DNA of 64,000 bases, taken from contig JBHGNT010000020.1 in NCBI GenBank assembly GCA_043228905.1, positions 1,736,001 through 1,800,000 on the forward strand. Reading direction: 5' to 3'. How positions within the stretch are numbered: position 1 is the first letter of the stretch; the number at the start of each line of letters is the position of its first letter. Source of the DNA: Azolla caroliniana (taxonomy: Eukaryota > Plantae > Polypodiophyta). The position numbers were made by a program, and so were the translations under genes. Shown here piece after piece: positions 35,301 through 64,000 of the stretch. A model generated the notes under the pieces. It was not told the origin of the DNA, made no database searches, and saw only the letters and a list, made by a program, of their open reading frames with translations.

Positions 35301-36717
35301 GAGCCAAGTATTCATTTCCGGCATGACTTTCTCGAGTATGCTTTGGAGGATAATATCATCGCTTATGTCTTCCCCTGTAGCTATAATGTCTTCGGTAAGT
35401 AGGCGGCTATAATACCTTGTGGCAATATTCCTCATTTCGTCGCCATCCTTAGTGGTCGTTCCATCCTCTCGGTTAAGGTTGCGCATCACAGTTCTAGCGT
35501 GCCTCGGGCCTTTGGAGCGGAAGAATTCCTTTGTGGTTTTGTCCCCTACTCGAATCCATCGCGCCATGCTGCCATGAAACTCCATGTCATATATTTCCTT
35601 TTCTGCCATGCTAAGTTCCTGTTTGGCCGTGGCGACTTGTCCTGCGATCCAAATACAGGACGAGTATCTCTGTTGGAGTCGTTGTAAGGCTATTAGTCCC
35701 CGTTTTGTCCTCTATCGCTTCTCATGAGCATCCTTGTGTCTGGTCTTGACAATCTCATGTAGGAGAGTAGAGGCTCTTGTTAATTTAGCTAAAAGTTTGT
35801 CCGATGTTGATGAGCCATTGACGGGTAATGACCATTGGTTGGATAGTTGGTCCTTCATGTCTATAAGTGTGTAAATAGTGTGTGGGATGAGATTCTGGAA
35901 TGGGCCCCATTTTTGGTGCAATTGAAAATGACCAGCTACCGGGTAATGGTCAGAGAAAGTCATGCCTGGAGTTATGCAACACCACCCTCCCTTCGCTTCT
36001 AGAGCCTCCTCCACATAAATGCGGTCAATGTGAGATAGGGTGGGTCCACTATTCCACTCGTCTGATCGGGAGAATAGGAGAGAATCCCTTTTCCATTGGA
36101 AGTTGGCAGAATGCCAGATGTCTCGCAGGTTAAGGTGGACACATAGCTTCTCCCATTGTTTGCGTTCCCTTCCTTGTAGAACTATGGGGTTGTTGTTGGA
36201 GCTATCGTGAATGGATTCGATCATATTAAAATCCCCTCCAATGCACCACTCTTCCGCACCCACTACTTGTAGGCGGATGCGGTCCCAGAATGTTGCTCTT
36301 TCTGTTCTGTTATTTGGAGCATAAACATTCATGAAGTTCCATCATTGCCCTTGGATGGTCAACGTGCAAAAATGTGCCCTACCAGGTATAAGTGATTCTT
36401 GGTGTATTAAGCCTTAGGCTAGATTTTCACGAATCAAAGTGCAAATACCACCATGATTTCCATCCTCCCCAATTGTTGGCTCCCAAATCATTCGCCATGA
36501 TCCTGGTAGAAGGTCTCTGACTTCCTTTTCGTGGAGTGAAACCCCCCCAATCCCCCACTGTTCGAGGAGTGACAACCCCCCCCCCCCCCCATTGCACACA
36601 ATACTAGCAATTGTTCCTACACCCATTCAATAGTTTCGACAAGTGACACCCCCCCCACCCACACTTCGAGGAGTTGTACACAATCTATAACACCCCCCCC
36701 CCCCACCAATCCGGGAG
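32326..36717 (-). mobile_element. L1-clade LINE copy 2, nearly complete ORF2 with disablements plus 5' extra sequence
   Basis: EN (NVYAPN, GGDFN, SDHYP), RT (PITLLN, LLDFEKAYDRV, VRQGCPLAP, EFANDTT), zf-RVT, A tail, perfect 12-bp TSD TGTACACGAGTT at 32314-32325 and 36718-36729. Confidence 0.93.
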
Positions 36718-39289
36718 TGTACACGAGTTATTGAGCACCGTGGAAGGACTTTAACAAGAAAAGTTTACCTTTCCAACACCACTTCCAAAGGGTACTGGTA
36801 CATATTATCAAAACAACTAGAGCTTTATGATTTTTATAATTGTTTTTTACATTTCTTTGGAGCATATGAGTCATTTTAATCATGATTAGGGTCCTCTTAA
36901 ATATTAACATTATTCAACTTTGACATTTGTTTGTGTAACTCGGCATGCACCAATATTTCAAATGATTTTGAGTGATAATGATTAGCTTCTGGAAGGCACA
37001 TTTAAATATCTATTTCCGATTGATAGTTGAGATCATTTTAATTTGAAACAATTTGAACTTTGTGGAGGACAAAGCATTTCAATTTCCTAATCTAACAAGT
37101 GATGAGATCAACTATTTCAAAGCGTGTAGATACTACATTTTATAACATGACAAAATTCAATACTCTAGTGATAATTAAGTCCTATCATGTCTTAAGTAAT
37201 ACTAATAGTAAAACAATCATATCTGACTAGGACTTAGACCATCTATCATGGCAAATACACCAAATATGCTAATGTATTGGTAAATCCCCATGAATGACCA
37301 TGAACAAAATATCTAATAATGTTTCTAAGGCAGTTCGTGTGGTTATTGATATCAACAAGCAACATATATCAAAGGCACCCATGTCCTTCCAAAACCTTGA
37401 TTTTGTTGAAATCGTATATTTTTAGTGGATACAATTATTCGTGTCTATGTCCTTCCTTGCTTTTCATCTAAGCATGATGAGATATTGACCCCCGTATTTT
37501 TGTGATGCCAATAGACGAAAATATGTAATCTGTAGTAGAGATATGACAAAAAGGCAAGAAGCTCAGTATTATTACTTGCAAGGAGCTAAATAATACATTG
37601 TATCTAATTATCATGCTAAACTTTCTCCATGTGGATTGAATATTTATTGACCTAAAAACTCTCCCGTATTATTCTTAATCTATTGTTATTTTGAAGACCT
37701 TGAGATGAAAGAAGTTTGAGTATATTGTAACAATAATTGTTATTTCATGTTTTCATATGTAAAATGATTTTGATTAAGAACAAGCAAACCATGTAGACAC
37801 TGAATATCAAAAGGTCAATGGGATAGATTGTCATGTGACACGACAAAAGTGAACACCATAAGTTGATATCATACTTTATAGTATGCATATATGGATGGAT
37901 TTTAGATCGTTGATTATAAGTTTCTCATCATTGAATTTTATTCATCGATATCCTATATGGGTCGTGATGGACACAAATATTTTGGTGGGCCTGGTAACTA
38001 CCCAACATTGCTTTCATCTACTGCGTTCCCTCCTTGTTGATTTTCACGCATGCTCATTCTCATGTTGTCCATACACTTTCGATTTTCAATACCTCTTCCT
38101 TTTATTGACTATTGCCGATTTTAATATAAAGAATGGGACCTACCACTTAATCCCTTGAAATTATACATTGCTCCAATTGGAAACCTCGTGCCTCAAATCT
38201 ATTTATCATGCCAACCAAACATTTATACCATATATCATATACAATTATATAAGCTATATAAGTATAGACAAATTTGGTTTAATATAAGAGTTATGATTGC
38301 AATTATGTCAAATCTGATTCAATGCTATATCTTTGAATATATTTCTTCCCTAAGTTTCGAATGTTGACATAAAAAAGGTCACTCCCAAATGAGATAAGCT
38401 AACTGAAACTAAGCAACTACATATTGTGTTAGATGATACCAATATTATGTTCTAGACAAGAATGCTTAATAATTTCTAGAATTCGGGTGAATATATATAT
38501 ATATATATATATATCACAAGTAGATTTGGAATTAAAATATAGGGTTTTGCTCAGAATAATTTGAATTGATTGCGTTAACATCATGGTCACAGGATTGGTT
38601 CCGAAGGGACATCTATCCCTTTGAATTAAAACTTTTGCAACCCTAAATAAGCATGAGTAATTGATGTTATTTGCAATATGGAAGTCATAATAACATAAAC
38701 AAATCGTCATTGTCTATTTTTGCATTAAGTGTAGTAAAATTGTGATTACGTTGATCCAATAATAACATCTCACGCCATGATACTAAATTAATTGTGTTCA
38801 AATGAACATTATATAAAGTGTTAAATTGACCTGTCAAAACATCATGTGACATTTCCCATAATGTAAGAGAATTTAGATGTACTTGTGAATGATTGCTTCT
38901 GGATTCACAAACTTCATATATAATAAACATGTCATGGTAACGCCTTGGAACATCAAAGTTCTAATAATTCCTCCGATTCATACCCTAAAACATTAGGTTG
39001 AAGTCTCAAGCAAAATTGCCCTTGATGTTATGTTCTCTAAACCTAATAAATCTCTCTAGTTTCTGTCGAGTAACAAACAATTGAAGCTCCAGAGACATGG
39101 GGATGTGATTAATGAATATTGATGCCAAGAAACAACTTGCTTTTGCACCTAACAACCACATTTCTCACGAGTTAGTGATACATTCTGATGAGTCTAGTAA
39201 TGCACACGAGCAAAGGAGAAATCAAATGCGGATGCTCTAGCAACCGGACATGCTATAGATGTTAAAGGGTAATGCTTATAACGATGAAA

Positions 39290-39400
39290 CTGAGTACAAT
39301 TTGGTCATGGAAGAAGACCCCTTTTCTCACAATACAAAATTCAAGACCTAAATGGTGCTTAGCGCCACCAGTATGGTTGTTCCCACCACCAATCACATAA
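39290..39400 (+). mobile_element. 3' end fragment of a second LINE family
   Basis: Reads WKKTPFLTIQNSRPKWCLAPPVWLFPPPIT-stop, matching the C-terminus of the 39557-40033 ORF; 5' limit uncertain. Confidence 0.65.
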
Positions 39401-39495
39401 CTTGGTTAAGGAGTGGTGGAGTGTTGAGGGATGGGACCTAAGGAAGAATGCACCAGATCAATGGTAGCTTGATGGTAGGTCAATTTTTTGTAATG

Positions 39496-40020
39496 TTTTT
39501 TTTTTTTAAGAAGATATCCTGTCATTAGTATAAACAAATTACAAGATTTTAAACCTCTATGTAATCGGCGGGGGAAACAACCATTTCGGTGGCTGAAAAT
39601 GCCAATAAGGAGTAGTGTACCTGGATGTCACAAATGGAGTAGCTGTCCAGATAATAAGAAACTCATGCCGTTGAGCAATTTTAACATCAGAATCTCCCAC
39701 TATACCATCCCATTGACCCTTCAAAGCATGAACTATCTCTAACCAAATATTTGAAATCACTTCAGCAGGTGGTGTTTTCAGATTATGGAAAACGAGAGAA
39801 CACCGAGCTTTCCAAATGTGATAGACAGTGGTACTACTCAATATCTCCCATATTGGCTGAACTTCCTTCCTTACTCCTGAAAACTGTAATGACATCAGTG
39901 ATAATGTACGAACACTTCCATTTTTAGTGTAAAACCCATGGTCCATAGATTCGATGCCATAATGTTGTTCATAACTAATGAAAGGATATTTTTCCGGAAA
40001 AAAAATAAATTTGGTCATGG
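39496..40020 (-). mobile_element. 3' fragment of a second LINE family with A tail
   Basis: IWKARCSLVF...WLEIVHALKGQWDGI...WHFQPPKWLFPPPIT resembles the ORF2 C-terminus of the other LINEs; T run at 39496; candidate TSD TTTTGTAATG (39486 and 40021). Confidence 0.78.
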
Positions 40021-40184
40021 TTTTGTAATGCATCTATACACATCCATGTAATGTTGTTCATAACTAATGAAAGGATATTTTGTAATGTTGTTCATAACTA
40101 ATGAAAGGATATTTTTCCGGAAAAAAAATAAATTTGGTCATGGTTTTGTAATGCATCTATACACATCCATGTAGGAACAATACA

Positions 40185-40620
40185 AACAATACATACATAC
40201 ATACATGTGCCCAGGATAGACATGGCGCACATACCCCCACATAACATACATAAGATCCTCGTGCCATCCATCATGTTACCATATGAAATATGTGCACCTA
40301 TCCTTCAAAGTTCAATCAATCAATCAATACATACATACATATACACACATACACACATACATACATACATACATACATACATACATACATACATACACAC
40401 ACACATACATACATACATACATACATACATACATACATACATAAATACATACATACACATACATACATACATACATACATACATACATACATACATACAC
40501 ACACACACATACATACTTACATACATACATACATATGTACATACATAATGTATGTATGTATATATACATGTAATAATGTATGTATAACTTCAACACCATT
40601 TAGATTCAATCCTCTGTGTT

Positions 40621-40659
<39 letters not shown>
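40185..40659. repeat. (CATA)n/(CA)n and (GA)n microsatellites upstream of F2KP
   Basis: Long CATA array 40328-40545; GA array 40625-40659 running into the ATG. Confidence 0.92.
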
Positions 40660-62374
<21,715 letters not shown>

Positions 62375-62609
62375 GTATTTTGAATTTTCTTCATCTCAAA
62401 TGAAAGGAGGTGAATATCAGATCTATATTCATCTAGGATTATAGAGGATATTTTGTTTTATATATTTGTAAATGTGCTTTGTTTGTTTGTAGATTCCTCT
62501 CTTTTGGTAAACAATGTTGTAAACTTGTATTAATATAAACAATTATAAATAGCATCTATATATGTTTCGCATCTATCTACCATTGGACTAGCTACTATAA
62601 GCAATGGGA

Positions 62610-64000
62610 TGAAAGAAATAGAGAAGAGTTATTGTGCTGTGCTGAAAACTGGTTTTTCTATGCTAAAAACTGGTTGCCGCAGTTGCTGTGTAGATAGGGT
62701 TTGGGACTGCTGCAAAACTTATTTTGGTTGGACCTCCAGAACCAAAAATTTGATTTGGGCTCATAAGTAGTTGAAAGAATCAGCTCGAAATCTACTTTTT
62801 GAAAATGTGAAAATAGAGAAAAATTGCCTGTTGGAGGGTGGCAGCTAAGACTTGCACTCTCTTTCATCTTTATTATCTTTGTTCTACATTCTCTCTTCTC
62901 CTAGATTCTTCTCTCTCTAGAATATGCAACGCTTTAAATGTCTTTTCTCTCTTCCACTTTTTCCTAGATATTCCCTATTATTCCTAGTTTATTGTACCTA
63001 TTTGGTAGTACAAGGGTCACTTAACTACCAAACAACCATTTCACCCACTTTCCCCAATTTTGTATAAATAGGCTATACCAGCCTCTTTTGTAAAGACTTT
63101 TACTTTTGCTGCTACTTTTGTATAAACAAGCTCTACTCTTTGGCTGTGTCTCTACTCTTTGCAACCATTTTTGCTACTGCTGTCTAACAGCCTTCTCACA
63201 ACTTGGCTGTGTCTATTTTGTTCTAACAATTGTTCCGCTGCTGCTATTAACAACTTTTCTCACATGGTATCAGAGCAGTGAGGTCTCCATATCCTCAACC
63301 TGATTTTTATTGCTAAAGAGGACACAGACCTATCTTCTTTTATCCCTCCCTCCCAACCCTATAGAGGAGGTTCTCTTAGCAGCCACCCTCCCGACCTACA
63401 GAGGAGGTTTTTTTTTTTTTTTTTTTTTTTTTCTTTTCCCCTCATCTGAGCCTCGCCTAGCATCTAGGGAGGAGTAGAAAGACCTTGAGCATCTACTTAC
63501 GACTGTTGCAAATTGTCTAGTTGTAGCTCAAGAGGAGGATATCCATGGCCTCACATGCCACCATTGTTTTATCAACCATTCCCCAACTCCCCAAAGAGTC
63601 CATCTTGGATGGGAACAATTACTTGGATTGGAAACTGCAAATAAAGACCTTGCTACAATACCATCGTCTATGGAATCTAGTCAATGGTAGTGACAAGAAA
63701 CCACCGGTAACGTCATCCTCTTTACGCAAATCAGTTGGCTCATCTAACGTTGAGATTGAAGCTTGGCTAGATAAGGATTCTTGTGCTCATGCTTTCCTCA
63801 TGTTTAATATTAAACCGAGCATTTCTCATCAATTTCAAGATACAGATGAAGAGACAGCCATTGAACCATGGGCAGCCATAAAAAAGACGTATCATCGAGC
63901 TAATCATGCTCAAATGATAGCTATTGAGAGCCAACTAGCAAATCTCAAGATTCATGACACTCCCAACATCATGGATCAAATAACGCAATTTGTTACACTC
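62610..64000 (+). mobile_element. 5' part of a third Ty1/Copia element in the next F2KP intron
   Basis: LTR ending ...CTCACA at 63264, PBS TGGTATCAGAGC 63265-63276, gag ORF downstream; LTR start tentative. Confidence 0.82.
63545..64000 (+). CDS. Copia gag N-terminus (partial)
   Basis: Open to window end: MASHATIVLSTIPQLPKESILDGNNYLDWKLQIKTLLQYHRLWNLVNG...; not in the ORF track because there is no stop. Confidence 0.85.
   Translation, partial: MASHATIVLSTIPQLPKESILDGNNYLDWKLQIKTLLQYHRLWNLVNGSDKKPPVTSSSLRKSVGSSNVEIEAWLDKDSCAHAFLMFNIKPSISHQFQDTDEETAIEPWAAIKKTYHRANHAQMIAIESQLANLKIHDTPNIMDQITQFVTL

Noticed and set aside
36730-39280. AT-rich stretch with short ORFs
   Set aside because: No consistent exon chain, motif or repeat structure detected
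40207-40622. HTYI / MYVC repeat ORFs
   Set aside because: Translations of the (CATA)n microsatellite

Overview
Eukaryotic plant nuclear DNA, inferred to be from a fern or another non-seed vascular plant (long PLS-class PPR gene, long TE-filled introns). Three host genes are present. PIG-A/SETH2 (GPI-GlcNAc transferase subunit A; +, 8 exons, two GC-AG introns) and an intronless PLS-E PPR gene (-) lie tail to tail. The 5' part of F2KP (6-phosphofructo-2-kinase/fructose-2,6-bisphosphatase; +, 16 exons visible) runs off the window end. The rest is retroelements. Bases 1-14235 are a nested stack of two non-chromovirus Ty3/Gypsy elements, a solo LTR and an interrupted third LTR. There are five L1-type LINE copies or fragments, three with recognisable TSDs. 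F2KP introns carry an apparently very young intact Copia with an atypical LTR end, an older decayed Copia with two PPTs, an LTR remnant carrying a hAT-type MITE, and the start of a further Copia. The most interesting observations are an extra ORF 3' of the Gypsy integrase that the ORF track misses, an apparent AACT target preference and a G-tract 5' addition in one LINE family, a non-canonical Copia LTR/TSD junction, and a duplicated AG|GTAAAT splice site in F2KP that could act recursively. All coordinates and alignments were read by eye; no searches were run.
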